This document shows, piece by piece, positions 9,885 to 20,381 of a DNA stretch of 61,517 bases. A model generated the notes under the pieces. That model saw only the letters and a list, made by a program, of their open reading frames with translations. It was not told the DNA's origin and searched no databases. This DNA comes from Syntrophales bacterium (GTDB lineage Bacteria; Desulfobacterota; Syntrophia; Syntrophales; UBA5619): positions 1 to 61,517 of the forward strand of contig JAURXV010000037.1 in NCBI GenBank assembly GCA_030654195.1, in the 5' to 3' direction. The translations under genes and the position numbers were made by a program. Numbering within the stretch: the stretch's first letter is position 1; every line of letters begins with the position of its first letter.

Positions 9885-9933
9885 TGGGGACAGATTTGAG
9901 GTCGGTTGGGGACAGATTTGAAATCTGTCCCCA
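9885..9933. repeat. REP-like palindrome with a partial upstream direct copy
   Basis: TGGGGACAGATTT-G-AAATCTGTCCCCA at 9907-9933; TGGGGACAGATTTGA repeated at 9885-9899. Confidence 0.75.
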
Positions 9934-10017
9934 GGTTGGTCATCACTTTGAAGGGCGTCGCGCAGACCGGATGAGCGTGTGGAGCGAAGGAAATTATACA
10001 CATTGCGTTTCCTCCGT

Positions 10018-12843
10018 TCATATCGTTAGTACTCGTTGCGGTTCGTCAACAAACAGCAGGTAGCATTCGATCGGGCGCCCGCCGAAGAGGCCCTGGAGGA
10101 TAGTCCTGTAGCGGATCATATGGGGGCGGTACTTGTCGGCAAGATGGCCAACGCGTCCCGTCTTGAAGTCGATAAGGGTGATGCGGTCGGGTGCGATGAT
10201 GAGCCTATCGACGATGCCAAACAAGCGGGTATCGGAGAGGTGCTGTTCGGTCAGCACGGTCCCAGGTCGGAAGAGGACCTCACGCACCTTCTGGTCGCTT
10301 AGGAACCGATTGACGGCGGCCCGTTCATCTGCGGCCAGGATGTCCGGGGCAATCGTCTGGCGATCGCCGGTGAGCCGGGCGAGCGCCGCGTGGATGCGAA
10401 TCCCCCTTTCGATCCCCGCCTCGATGGCGGCGGAGCGCAACGTCGGGTCCATTTCGTCGTCGTCCGCCGGTGCGATAAAGCCTTCGGCAAGGTCGGGCGC
10501 CGTCAGCTCCTCGTGGTCGGAGGGCCGCGGTTTCTCGGGACCGTAGTCATGCAGCCAGCCGAATTCGGTACGGTCGGCGTCCGGTATGGTTGTTTGAGCT
10601 GTGCGAAACATCAGCTCACCGAAGCCTTTCAGTGTGCCCTCTTTGTCGGCCCGCAGGATGATCGTCAGACTTTTCACGGCGCGGGTCGCGGCGACATAGA
10701 GCAGGTTGGCCGTCTCTTCGGCCTTTTCTTCCTTCACCGCTGCCGCCGCATCTGCGATGGCCGCCACTCCGGCTATCGGGCCGGTGGCGAGAAAGGCTAT
10801 CTCATCCTTGCTCAGGGTGAGCGGACAGCCGTCGTCGGGATGGGGGATCTCGGGCGCCCTGTCGAGTCCCTCTTTCCAGAAGAGAAAGACATGGGGGAAT
10901 TCAAGCCCCTTGGTGCCGTGTATCGTCGCTAGTTTCACGCGGTCGGCGTGCTCCCCCTCCGGGACGGTGATGAGGCGCGACATCGTGAGAAGATAGCGCA
11001 GGAAGGCTGCTGCATCGACAGCATCGGGCCGGTTGAAGTAACGCTCCGCCTCATCCCACAGCGTCTCGATGAGTACACGAGGAAAATAGGGCACGAGCTC
11101 GCGCAGGGCGGCGGCAAAGGCCGCAAAACGGTGCGGCCGGGGCGCCGTGCCGATGGTCCCGGAAAACCGCACGACGGCCGCCGTCAATGCCTCGTCGTAG
11201 CCCAGTGACGTGAGGGCGCGGGGGATAAAGCGGCCGTCATGGCCGGTGTAAAGGGCGATGAGCGAAAGATAGAGCGCCGTCCCCTCGCGGAGCGCCAGGA
11301 ACTCGCGTCCGCGGATCCCCGAGGTGGGAATCCCGGCCTGTGCCAGCGCCGCAGCGGCCTTGTCCATATGCCCGTTGGTGCGGCACAGAACCGCCATCCC
11401 GCCCCAGGGGCACCCGCACTTCTCCTTTTTTTGTATAATGGCCTCGACGAGCCGATCGTAGGCCGAATCATCGCCGGCGCCGCAGGCTGCCGGGATGACC
11501 GCCACCTCGGAGATGCCGCTGTAGGGATGCTTCGGCTTTTCGGGCGGCGTTTGAAGGTTGACTTTGTCGGTTCCGGCGAAGAGCTTGGCGACCAGATGGT
11601 TGAAGAAGTCGATGAGAAGCGGAGTCGAGCGGTAGTTGCATGGCAGCGTCTCGGCGGCGATCTGTCCGCTTGCGATAGGGGGGGCGATGGAGGCCCGGAG
11701 CTGATCTGGCGCCGCATCCCGCCATTGGTAGATCGACTGTTTCCAGTCTCCCACGAGAAAGATCGACCGTTCCCCCTCGGCATTCGCCCCCACGGAGCCG
11801 AGGATATCCTCGATCAGCGGCCGGAGCAGGTCAAACTGGATTTGCGATGTGTCCTGGAACTCGTCGAGGAGCAGATGCGCCGTCCGGTGGAACCCCAGTT
11901 CGTAGAGGCGCGCCATGAAGAGCGGCCGGTCGGGGCTGTCAGGCCCGTCAAGGTCAATGAGTGCCTTGGGGATATCGTCGAAATAGAGCCGGCCGAGACG
12001 TTCCTTCTCCTCGGTGAGCACTGCGGCTCGCAAGGCGCTGAAGCGCTTGAGAAGGGCGCTGCGCAACCGCTTGGTGTTGACGAGATGCTCGGCGACGAGG
12101 CGGCGCATCGAGGGATAGAGCTCCCGCAAGGCGGCGTAGGCGGGCGTCTGGCGGTCGGCGGCGGCCACACGAACGTCCGCCAGATCGGATTTGAGGAAGA
12201 GCGCCCGTTTGAGATCCACCGCGGCGAGCGGTTCAAGAAGGGGGTCGACCACCTGCGTGCGTAGAGCCCCCTTCGTCGCCTCCGCGACCGCCTGCACCTG
12301 CGCCCGCAACCGCTCGTACTCAGCGTCGAGGCGCGCCTGTTTGACCTTGAGCTCGTCGAGCAGGTCGTCGGGACAGGTCCATGCCTCCAGCGCCTCCTTG
12401 CCCTTGTCCAACGCTTCGATCAGCGACTCGGGCGGCATATGAAGGATGCGCGCCGCGATCAGGATGCTTTCGATGTCGGCGAGAATGAGCGGATGCTGAA
12501 AAAAACGCTCGTCGGCGAGCGCGGTGATGATTGCCTTTTCGTGATCGTCGGCCACCTGCGGCACATAGGCTTCCGTCGAAAGGAACCGGTGGAAGAGCGC
12601 ATCGATGGTCGAGAAGTGGACCCTGGCGGCCCGCATGATGAGCCGCAGTTTGTCGGCGGGGCTCTCCTCTCCCTTCTCGATGGCTTCGAGGATCCGTTTT
12701 TCCATCTCGGCCGCCGCGGCGCGGGTGAAGGTGGCAGCGACAACGAATTCCGTATCCTGCCCGATATGGCGGCGGACCTCCCGGGTCAGACGGAAGGTCT
12801 TCCCCGAACCGGCCGAAGCGGTGACGAAGAGGCTTTTCACCAT
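10018..12843 (-). CDS. addA: AddA/RecB-like SF1 (UvrD) helicase with C-terminal PD-(D/E)XK nuclease
   Basis: ASAGSGKT, TFTRAAA.EM, LDEFQDTS, GDWKQSIYQWR, NYRS, TIHGTKGLEF, LLYVAATRA, GIVDRL...IDFKTG. Confidence 0.75.
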   Translation of the reverse strand: MVKSLFVTASAGSGKTFRLTREVRRHIGQDTEFVVAATFTRAAAAEMEKRILEAIEKGEESPADKLRLIMRAARVHFSTIDALFHRFLSTEAYVPQVADDHEKAIITALADERFFQHPLILADIESILIAARILHMPPESLIEALDKGKEALEAWTCPDDLLDELKVKQARLDAEYERLRAQVQAVAEATKGALRTQVVDPLLEPLAAVDLKRALFLKSDLADVRVAAADRQTPAYAALRELYPSMRRLVAEHLVNTKRLRSALLKRFSALRAAVLTEEKERLGRLYFDDIPKALIDLDGPDSPDRPLFMARLYELGFHRTAHLLLDEFQDTSQIQFDLLRPLIEDILGSVGANAEGERSIFLVGDWKQSIYQWRDAAPDQLRASIAPPIASGQIAAETLPCNYRSTPLLIDFFNHLVAKLFAGTDKVNLQTPPEKPKHPYSGISEVAVIPAACGAGDDSAYDRLVEAIIQKKEKCGCPWGGMAVLCRTNGHMDKAAAALAQAGIPTSGIRGREFLALREGTALYLSLIALYTGHDGRFIPRALTSLGYDEALTAAVVRFSGTIGTAPRPHRFAAFAAALRELVPYFPRVLIETLWDEAERYFNRPDAVDAAAFLRYLLTMSRLITVPEGEHADRVKLATIHGTKGLEFPHVFLFWKEGLDRAPEIPHPDDGCPLTLSKDEIAFLATGPIAGVAAIADAAAAVKEEKAEETANLLYVAATRAVKSLTIILRADKEGTLKGFGELMFRTAQTTIPDADRTEFGWLHDYGPEKPRPSDHEELTAPDLAEGFIAPADDDEMDPTLRSAAIEAGIERGIRIHAALARLTGDRQTIAPDILAADERAAVNRFLSDQKVREVLFRPGTVLTEQHLSDTRLFGIVDRLIIAPDRITLIDFKTGRVGHLADKYRPHMIRYRTILQGLFGGRPIECYLLFVDEPQRVLTI

Positions 12844-15248
12844 GGGCGGCCTCCCGTCCGGTAGAGATCCGGCTTGAGGCAGAGCGCTTTGTGGGGGCAG
12901 TAAGAACAGCCCTCGGCGCGGTAGTTGGGAGCGAAGCGCTCCAGGGCCAGCATCCCGTTGAGCCGCTGCGCGATGCGCTCCATCGTGGCGTCGCAGCCGG
13001 CCAGGTCCTCCTCCGTGAGTCGGCCCTCATAATCACCGCGTACCCTCGGCCTCAGAAAGATATGGGCCGCATCGACCCGGCCGGGCGTCGTCCTTTTGTT
13101 GTGCAGCGCGAGATAGGCATAGATGATCAGTTGAAAACGGTCGTCGAAGAAGTCGGCCTCTTCCACCCGGTCGGCCAGCAGTCCCTTTCGGGAAAACTTT
13201 TCCCTGTATTTCAGGTCGGCGATGAGCTGTTTTTCCCCCTGAAGCTGCACGCGGTCGATGCGTCCTTTGAGTTGGTAACGGCCGCCGCCGAAAGGGGCCA
13301 CCAGTTCGAGTTCAGTGTCGGTCACCTCGTCGGAAAAGAGAAGCGGCCGATCCTTTTCTTTCTCCCATGCGGCGATATCGGCCAGATGGCTCTGGACGAT
13401 GGCCTTGCGAACGGCCTGGTCCGGGAGTTTCGAACGGAGATTCGCGTCGCTCTCCCAGCTTTCCTCAAATAGTTTGCGCCACCGGTCGGCGGCAGGGCGA
13501 TGAGTCTTCAGTTTGGCGAAGACACGGTGGAGGAAATCTCCGATGAGGAGGTTCGCATGCTCCTCGTCTTCAAAGCAGGGGGGCGGTATTACGCCCTGTA
13601 TCTCTTCAAGGATAAAGCGGCACGGACAGGTGAAAAAGCGCTTCAGTGAGCTGAAGGACCAGGTGTGCCGCCGTAGCTGCTCCTTCAGTTCATCTGTGTT
13701 CTCTATGGTGAGGCTGCCGGTCGGCACGTGGAACGGTGTCGGAGCCATCAGCCGCTTCACCGGTTTTTTACCGAATTCAGTGGCAAGGAACGAGAAGTGG
13801 GGCGACGGCGCCTCGCCGTTTGCCTGGTCATAGAGGGCCGCGATGTGGGCTGTGCGACCGAAGGAAAGAAACTGCCGCAGAGCGAGATCGTCGGCCTCGT
13901 ACTGCGTCCGGTAGATGCGCGGCAAATGGATCAGATTCAGGTAGGGGCCGCTGAAGGGCTTTCGCGGGAAGATGCCGCTGTTCATCGGGAGGATCACGGC
14001 GCGTCCATAGGGGATGCCGGTCGCGTCGCCCATCCCCACCACTTGTATCGGCGCGCTGCGCTTGCCGCGCAGTCGCAGTTTCTTTGCAGCGATGAGGTAC
14101 TCGGCGAGTGGTGACCACTCGTCGCCCATCAACGGGCGGAGACGCTCCAGTTCGTCGCACAGCGTGATCGCCCCCTCGAACGCGGAATGGTCGGCCTCGT
14201 CGAGTTCGTTCCACCGGGCGGTAAGCTCGGCGACGAGATCCCGCCGCACAGCCGCCAGCCCCTTTCCACCGCGGATCGCCTCGCGCAGGCGGTGCGCAGC
14301 CGCGAAGTGAGTGAAGGGGAGCCACGGTGCAAAGTTGACCTGTCCGCCGAGCGGACGGAAGAGGAGTTCCCACAGATAAAACGAGAGTCGCTCGTCCAAA
14401 GGCACGATAAATAGCTGTTCCCCATCGCCCCGGGGACTGCGCAAAAAGGCGTCGATTTCATAGGCCAGGAGCGCCGGCAGGGCGGCCCGTTCAGCCAGTT
14501 CGGAAAAACCAAGCCCCTCACCCGTATTGCGCCTTTCGGCAATATCGATACGCCGAACGAGGGTCAAGGCCGTCTCGTAATCGGGCGGCTCTGTCGGCAT
14601 GTGAGGGCCAAAAAGCGGCGCGTCCACAAAGAGCCGATCGCGCGGGATACGGCTGAAAAAGCGCTGGCTCACCGGGGTCATGAGTGGCAGCCCCACGAAA
14701 AATTCACAATCGCCTGGCGCCAGTTCGGCGAACCGTGCCGCTTCGAACGACGGATAGAACAGTCCCTCCCGAGCAAGGCGGGCGCGGAATGCCTCCATCG
14801 TCGCAAAGAACCGATCTATCCGATCGAGTTGTTCGTGCCCGATTCTGTCCAGGGCGCGCAACTCCGGGATGCTCACAGAGAACTCGACAATCGTGGTCAG
14901 GAACGAGAGCAGCCGCTGGGTGTCAGCCGGTGGTAGGGAGAGGCCCTCTTCACGGCACCGAAGGGCATGGAAACGTAGAAAGGCCTCATCCTCCGGCACG
15001 GCAATGCGGCCGGTCGCCTCAGCGATACGGCGGGTCCTGTAGTCGTCGAAAGAAAGGATGGTCGGGAGGAGACCGCCGATCCGGGTATGGACGAGGTGAT
15101 GCAAAAAGTCGCGGCCGCGGCCAGTCATAGAAATGGCCGTGAATCCGCTCATGTCCGGATAATGGGCGTGGAGCCGCTCGATGAGGGCATCTGTGGCCGG
15201 ATGGAGGTCATCCGGCAGAGGGTTGGGATGGACGATCTGATGGGTCAT
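12837..15248 (-). CDS. addB: AddB-like PD-(D/E)XK nuclease with predicted Fe-S staple
   Basis: SFSSL..F.TCPCRF, GRIDRV, IADLKY, QLIIY, C-terminal CSYCPHKALC; overlaps the start of the AddA-like gene. Confidence 0.7.
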   Translation of the reverse strand: MTHQIVHPNPLPDDLHPATDALIERLHAHYPDMSGFTAISMTGRGRDFLHHLVHTRIGGLLPTILSFDDYRTRRIAEATGRIAVPEDEAFLRFHALRCREEGLSLPPADTQRLLSFLTTIVEFSVSIPELRALDRIGHEQLDRIDRFFATMEAFRARLAREGLFYPSFEAARFAELAPGDCEFFVGLPLMTPVSQRFFSRIPRDRLFVDAPLFGPHMPTEPPDYETALTLVRRIDIAERRNTGEGLGFSELAERAALPALLAYEIDAFLRSPRGDGEQLFIVPLDERLSFYLWELLFRPLGGQVNFAPWLPFTHFAAAHRLREAIRGGKGLAAVRRDLVAELTARWNELDEADHSAFEGAITLCDELERLRPLMGDEWSPLAEYLIAAKKLRLRGKRSAPIQVVGMGDATGIPYGRAVILPMNSGIFPRKPFSGPYLNLIHLPRIYRTQYEADDLALRQFLSFGRTAHIAALYDQANGEAPSPHFSFLATEFGKKPVKRLMAPTPFHVPTGSLTIENTDELKEQLRRHTWSFSSLKRFFTCPCRFILEEIQGVIPPPCFEDEEHANLLIGDFLHRVFAKLKTHRPAADRWRKLFEESWESDANLRSKLPDQAVRKAIVQSHLADIAAWEKEKDRPLLFSDEVTDTELELVAPFGGGRYQLKGRIDRVQLQGEKQLIADLKYREKFSRKGLLADRVEEADFFDDRFQLIIYAYLALHNKRTTPGRVDAAHIFLRPRVRGDYEGRLTEEDLAGCDATMERIAQRLNGMLALERFAPNYRAEGCSYCPHKALCLKPDLYRTGGRPW

Positions 15249-15620
15249 AGCGACAGATTCCTTCCCGGATTGTATCATGAAAAACTATATCGTCAGTTTC
15301 CCGTTGTCGGTATTGTGTTTCAAACCATAATTGATAAGGCATTGCTTTTTCACGGCCGGAATATACCAGTGTTTCGATCCCTATTCAACAAAATGCTACG
15401 GTGATTCAGTATCAACACTTGTATTTATTATCAGTAAAGTTTGTTTTGACGATATATTAATAATGACGAGCTGTTGTACACCTACAGCTGTTCTTGATTG
15501 CCTGGCAGTTGTGCGTGAAGATATCCAATAGAAATGTTCATACAGGAAACCGATGCCAGCATGCTAAGCTAACTATCCGCTCAATCAGTTTACGGGCAAA
15601 AGTCATATGTATTATTATAG

Positions 15621-16430
15621 CTACTTAATTACAGCATATGAACTAAATTGCCTATAAGCATGACAAGACGCCCATTTTCCAAAAACTTCTGCCTTCACAA
15701 TGCAAGACACGACGCCATATTCAATTATGACCCAAACATTACCATAATTTAAGTCGGTTGCTGTTGTTGAGCGCGGCTTGCCGGCAAATTTAATGACCTC
15801 CTCACGCGTCATACCCAGTTCTACATTATCTACGGCAGCTTTTGATTTTGATTTTATTTCATATTTTACTTTTTCCAATTCGTCCATTTTTCCAAATGCT
15901 TCCGTTCGCTCTTTCCGAAGCGTGATTACTTCATCTAAATTTTTTGTAGTAAGCTTTTGTTGTAAGTTTTTCAGCTTATCCTCCATCCCTTGAAGTTGTC
16001 GTTGCTGATCAACGACCTTTTTCTCCAACTCCCTATCGGACTTAATTTGCTTAACTCTTTCTCGAAAGGAATCGATATCAACATCAGCTTTAACGGTCAT
16101 CAAGATGATTTGGGTCTCTCCTACAAACTTAATTTCCTCGGAGGCAATATCAACTTTAACAATTGCTCCAGCAAAAGTCCTTATTTCATCACGGGTCAAT
16201 TGGAAATTCTTTACCTCTGTGGAACTCTCAATATAAGTCCCTGCTTTCTCAATAGCCAACCGCTTTGCTTCGATAAAGCAGATTCTTTTTGCATCGTTTT
16301 TAGTGTCATTATCTCCCATTGTGTATTTATAACTGGCGAAAACAGATTCTGAGGCTGGGTATGCTGTTGAAGTAAAGTACAATGAAATCATGGCAATAAA
16401 CAGTAAAATAAAGGAATGTTTATTTTTCAT
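15621..16430 (-). CDS. Hypothetical exported protein (signal peptide, coiled coil, SmpA/OmlA-like C-terminus)
   Basis: MKNK plus hydrophobic stretch; K/E/Q-rich middle; VELGMTREEVIKFAGKP; AT-rich. Confidence 0.6.
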   Translation of the reverse strand: MKNKHSFILLFIAMISLYFTSTAYPASESVFASYKYTMGDNDTKNDAKRICFIEAKRLAIEKAGTYIESSTEVKNFQLTRDEIRTFAGAIVKVDIASEEIKFVGETQIILMTVKADVDIDSFRERVKQIKSDRELEKKVVDQQRQLQGMEDKLKNLQQKLTTKNLDEVITLRKERTEAFGKMDELEKVKYEIKSKSKAAVDNVELGMTREEVIKFAGKPRSTTATDLNYGNVWVIIEYGVVSCIVKAEVFGKWASCHAYRQFSSYAVIK

Positions 16431-16795
16431 ACCTTACTCCATAATAATCTCAGCACTATGCCACCGTACGCCCATATCAGCGTTCCAGCTATTAGAAGTC
16501 GAATACTCCACCTGTATGCTTTTATATCCAGTTCAAATTGTTTGGATTGCTCAATTTCTTCAGGTGTTGGCACGAAATTACCGCCATCTATTGTCTTCTC
16601 GCCTTTCATAAACTCCTCGTATCCAAGGCGAATAATCTTCCTCGCAGCAAGAATCACGCCCCCAACTGTCACAACAGCACCCGACGATTGGAACCATTCA
16701 ACGTCCTTCAGACAAACGCTAATGGCAAACGATAAGACGGTGATCGCTGTCGAGCAAGCCGGTATAATATAGATATTAGAAAGCAAATATCGCAT
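16427..16795 (-). CDS. Hypothetical membrane protein
   Basis: 122 aa, three hydrophobic segments, WFQSSGA and GTLIWAYG; ATGA overlap with the next gene; GGGAG RBS. Confidence 0.6.
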   Translation of the reverse strand: MRYLLSNIYIIPACSTAITVLSFAISVCLKDVEWFQSSGAVVTVGGVILAARKIIRLGYEEFMKGEKTIDGGNFVPTPEEIEQSKQFELDIKAYRWSIRLLIAGTLIWAYGGIVLRLLWSKV

Positions 16796-17254
16796 GTATG
16801 CTCCCGTCTAACGGACATTTATAATGTAAACTGCCATCTTGGTTGCAAATCAATGCACCCACCTGCTTTATATAAAATATTTTGTCCGGTGAAAAGAAAA
16901 TTCCATTGTGTTTATCCTTTATCATGATCGCTAAAAAATCAACATCCTTTATTATTTTTTGAAATCAAGCATTTTCTTCAGGGGCTACGTTTTACTGACT
17001 TCAGGAAGCACGGGTGTTTTGTACTCGAACAGAAAATAGGCTGTCAAAACTATGCGACGTTCAAACCGCATTCAACGCTCTGGCCCGATCAAGCGCTCTG
17101 AACCTTTGCATATCTGGCTTATCCTGTCCTTGATGCTCTGTATCTATAACAGGAGGCAGTATGCTTCAATCGAACGAACCTAATATTTTTGCCAGAGATA
17201 TATTTTGCGGGATTTCTTTTGTGGGTGCGGGCCTGAAGAAGAAAAGGGAAACCC

Positions 17255-17959
17255 CTAAAGCTCCTTATCCTTGATCAGCATAGTCGATGGGTCGAGGAGC
17301 AGCGGGGATCCAGCGGGGGTCGATCCGCTGCCGCGGAGCAGTTTGATGTGGACATCCGCACGCTCCGGCTGCAACTCCAGAACGAGATCGAACAGACCGG
17401 CGACCGCTGAAAAGGATACCGGCAGGCCGTCCAAACCGGCCGATTCGTGCCGGTGGGTACGGACGGTGAACCAGATATGCATGCCATTCTTTACGGCGAG
17501 CGCTTTCAGGGCGTTCAGATCCGAACGCCGGGATTCGTCAAAATGGAGACCGTCAATGATCATCATCGTCGGCGAGAAGATCCCCTGTTCGGTCAGATCG
17601 CTCAGCCGTTCTTCAAGCTTCGGAACCGTGAAGCTTTCAACGCGGAAGGTCATGATGAACCGGTGGGGCAGGACCGATTCCCAGAGGCTGTTGATCTGCG
17701 CCCCTTCATAACGTCCCGCAAGATGATGAAAAAGCTCACTGTACCAGAGGTTCACCTTGTTGACGGGATCGTTCAGGCTGATGTGAAGGACATTTTGGCT
17801 TCTCAGCATGCCGTTCAGGGCCAGTTGGACGAGCAAGGCGGTTTTCCCGACGCCGGCATGGGAAAGAACTGCGCCGATAGCGCCGGCGGGAAGGATGTCC
17901 TCGGTCTCGAAACCAAGCTGACGCAACGGGTTGCGAAGGATGAGATCATTTTTCAGCAT
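17255..17959 (-). CDS. RecA/KaiC-like P-loop ATPase of unknown function
   Basis: Walker A HAGVGKT, Walker B MIIDG; GAGGA RBS before ATG 17959. Confidence 0.7.
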   Translation of the reverse strand: MLKNDLILRNPLRQLGFETEDILPAGAIGAVLSHAGVGKTALLVQLALNGMLRSQNVLHISLNDPVNKVNLWYSELFHHLAGRYEGAQINSLWESVLPHRFIMTFRVESFTVPKLEERLSDLTEQGIFSPTMMIIDGLHFDESRRSDLNALKALAVKNGMHIWFTVRTHRHESAGLDGLPVSFSAVAGLFDLVLELQPERADVHIKLLRGSGSTPAGSPLLLDPSTMLIKDKEL

Positions 17960-18033
17960 AGCACCATTCCTCACTTTAAGTTGAATGATCCTGGCACCGG
18001 ACCGGAGAGATGCGTTCCCCGAATCCCCTGACT

Positions 18034-20127
18034 TCATGCCGCGCTCTTCTTCCGGAGGGCGACCTCTTCTGCGATCTTTTCCGCGATGGATTGGGGAATC
18101 TGGCGATAGAGCGCGAATTCCATCGTGAACTGCGCCTTGCCCTGCGTGGAGGACCTCAGAACCGTCGAGAAACCGAACATTTCGCCCAGCGGAACCTGGG
18201 CCTCGACCACGGTCGTCGGCCCCTCGTCCTGCGCCCCGACGATCATCCCCCGTCTCTGGTTGAGCAGACCCATCACCCCGCCCTGGAATTCGGTCGGCGT
18301 CTCCACGACCACCTTCATGATCGGTTCGTGGATCACGGACTTGGCCTTGGCATACCCTTCACGGAAAGCGCCGCGGGCCGCTGCCTGAAAGGCCATGTCG
18401 GAGGAATCGACCGCATGTGACGCCCCGTCGTTGATGACGATCTTCACGCCGGTCACAGGAAACTCCATCTTCGGCCCCTTGGCCAGGCACTGCCGGAAAC
18501 CCTTTTCACAGGCAGCGATGTACTGGGTGGGAATCGACCCGCCCCTGACCTGGTTGTCGAAAATGAAGTCATCTTCGCCTTCCGTGATGGGCTCCATGTA
18601 ACCCGCCACACGGCCATACTGGCCGGAGCCGCCGGTCTGCTTCTTGTGGGTGTAATTGAATTCCGCCCGCTGCGTGATCGTCTCACGGTAGGCCACGCGG
18701 GGCTTTCCCGTTTCCACATCGGTTCCGTATTCCCGTTTCATCCGCTCCACATAGATTTCCAGATGCAGTTCGCCCATCCCCTCGATGATCGTCTCGTTGG
18801 TCTCCTCATCCACATGGGTGCGGAAGGTCGGATCCTCCTTCGTGAAGCGGTTGAGGGCCTTGGACATGTTGATCTGGGATTTGTTGTCCTTCGGAGATAT
18901 CGCCAGCGAGATCACCGGTTTTGGAACGAACATGGAGGTCATGGTCAGGTTGATGCCCGGGGAAACAAAGGTATCGCCGGAGGCGCACTCGATTCCGAAA
19001 AGCGCCCCGATATAACCGGCGTTTGCGGCCTCGATGTCTTCCATCTGATCGGCGTGCATGCGAACAACGCGTCCGACCTTTGTTTTTTTGCCGGTCCGGG
19101 TGTTGACGATCACCGCACCCTTGGCCAGCGTTCCCTGGTAAACACGGACGTAGGTCAGTTGTCCGTAAGCGCCGTCTTCGAGCTTGAACGCCAATGCTAC
19201 AATCGGCCGGGAGGAATCGGGCAAGAGGTCCACCAGGGCCTCTTCATGATCAAGATCCAGGGCTGTGTTCTCGACATCCGCCGGACAGGGAAGATACCGG
19301 TTCACCGCGTCCAGCAGCGGCTGAACACCTTTGTTCTTGTACGCAGATCCCAGGAAAACGGGGGTGAATTTCCTAAGCAGGGTTCCCTTGCGGACCGCAT
19401 CCATGATCAACGCGTCGGGAATCGGGCTCTCTTCGAGGATAGCCTCGGTCAGTTCATCGGAGAAGAGCGATGCGGCATCGATCATCTCTTCCCGCTTCGA
19501 ACGGGCCGCGGCAAGCAGCTCCGCGGGAATCTCGTCGCTTCGGACCTGTTCGCCGTTCTCACCCTCGAAATAGAAGGCCTTCATGGACAAAAGGTCGATG
19601 ACGCCCCGAAAATCCGTTTCCAGCCCAATCGGCATCTGCATCGCGACGGCGTTGTGACCCAGCTTGGAATGGAGCTGGGCGATCACGCGGAAGGGATCGG
19701 CGCCGCTGCGGTCGCATTTGTTGATAAAGGCGATGCAGGGCACCTTGTAGCGCTTCATCTGCATGTCGACGGTGATGGACTGCGACTGGACGCCGCCCAC
19801 GGAGCAGAGCACCAGCACGGCGCCGTCCAGCACGCGGAGGGATCGCTCGACTTCGATTGTGAAATCGACATGCCCGGGGGTATCGATGATGTTGATCTGG
19901 TGGCCCTGCCATTCGCAGAACGTCGCGGCCGAGGTGATCGTGATGCCGCGCTCCTTCTCTAATTCCATGGAGTCCATCGTGGCGCCGACGCCGTCCTTGC
20001 CCTTAACGTCATGAATGGCATGGATACGCTTTGTGTAAAACAGGATCCGTTCGGTCAGGGTGGTCTTCCCTGAGTCGATGTGGGCGCTGATCCCGATATT
20101 CCGTACTTTTTCTACTGTGCTGCTCAT
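18034..20127 (-). CDS. fusA: Elongation factor G (spirochete/delta, mtEF-G1-like paralog)
   Basis: [61 protein letters not shown]. Confidence 0.95.
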   Translation of the reverse strand: MSSTVEKVRNIGISAHIDSGKTTLTERILFYTKRIHAIHDVKGKDGVGATMDSMELEKERGITITSAATFCEWQGHQINIIDTPGHVDFTIEVERSLRVLDGAVLVLCSVGGVQSQSITVDMQMKRYKVPCIAFINKCDRSGADPFRVIAQLHSKLGHNAVAMQMPIGLETDFRGVIDLLSMKAFYFEGENGEQVRSDEIPAELLAAARSKREEMIDAASLFSDELTEAILEESPIPDALIMDAVRKGTLLRKFTPVFLGSAYKNKGVQPLLDAVNRYLPCPADVENTALDLDHEEALVDLLPDSSRPIVALAFKLEDGAYGQLTYVRVYQGTLAKGAVIVNTRTGKKTKVGRVVRMHADQMEDIEAANAGYIGALFGIECASGDTFVSPGINLTMTSMFVPKPVISLAISPKDNKSQINMSKALNRFTKEDPTFRTHVDEETNETIIEGMGELHLEIYVERMKREYGTDVETGKPRVAYRETITQRAEFNYTHKKQTGGSGQYGRVAGYMEPITEGEDDFIFDNQVRGGSIPTQYIAACEKGFRQCLAKGPKMEFPVTGVKIVINDGASHAVDSSDMAFQAAARGAFREGYAKAKSVIHEPIMKVVVETPTEFQGGVMGLLNQRRGMIVGAQDEGPTTVVEAQVPLGEMFGFSTVLRSSTQGKAQFTMEFALYRQIPQSIAEKIAEEVALRKKSAA

Positions 20128-20253
20128 GCCTGTTCCTTCTGCTGTAAGAACGACCTGCCGGTCGTTCAAGGCAAAATAATAAAATCCCTCATGGGGAGAT
20201 GTCATGCGAGAGGGTGGATCCACTGCGGATGACGATGATGATTAAGGTGTGCG

Positions 20254-20282
20254 AAAATATACGATTCTTTCTCGTCTGTCAA
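20254..20282 (-). promoter_or_regulatory. Putative sigma-70 promoter of fusA
   Basis: Minus strand TTGACA, 17 bp spacer, TATTTT. Confidence 0.45.
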
Positions 20283-20381
20283 GAAATATTTCCGCAAATA
20301 TTTCCGCAAAATGTGGGGTGCGGCGCCGATGATCGTAGAAAAGATATATCCAGGCGCCCGTCCTATCAGCGGGAGGTTCCT

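Noticed and set aside
12837-15248. Cas4 call for the Cys-stapled nuclease
   Set aside because: About 800 aa and coupled to a UvrD helicase-nuclease, which fits AddB; no CRISPR context
15290-15620. Possible small gene or attC site in the AT-rich spacer
   Set aside because: Frames read by eye are short or interrupted and no complementary R''/R' pair could be established
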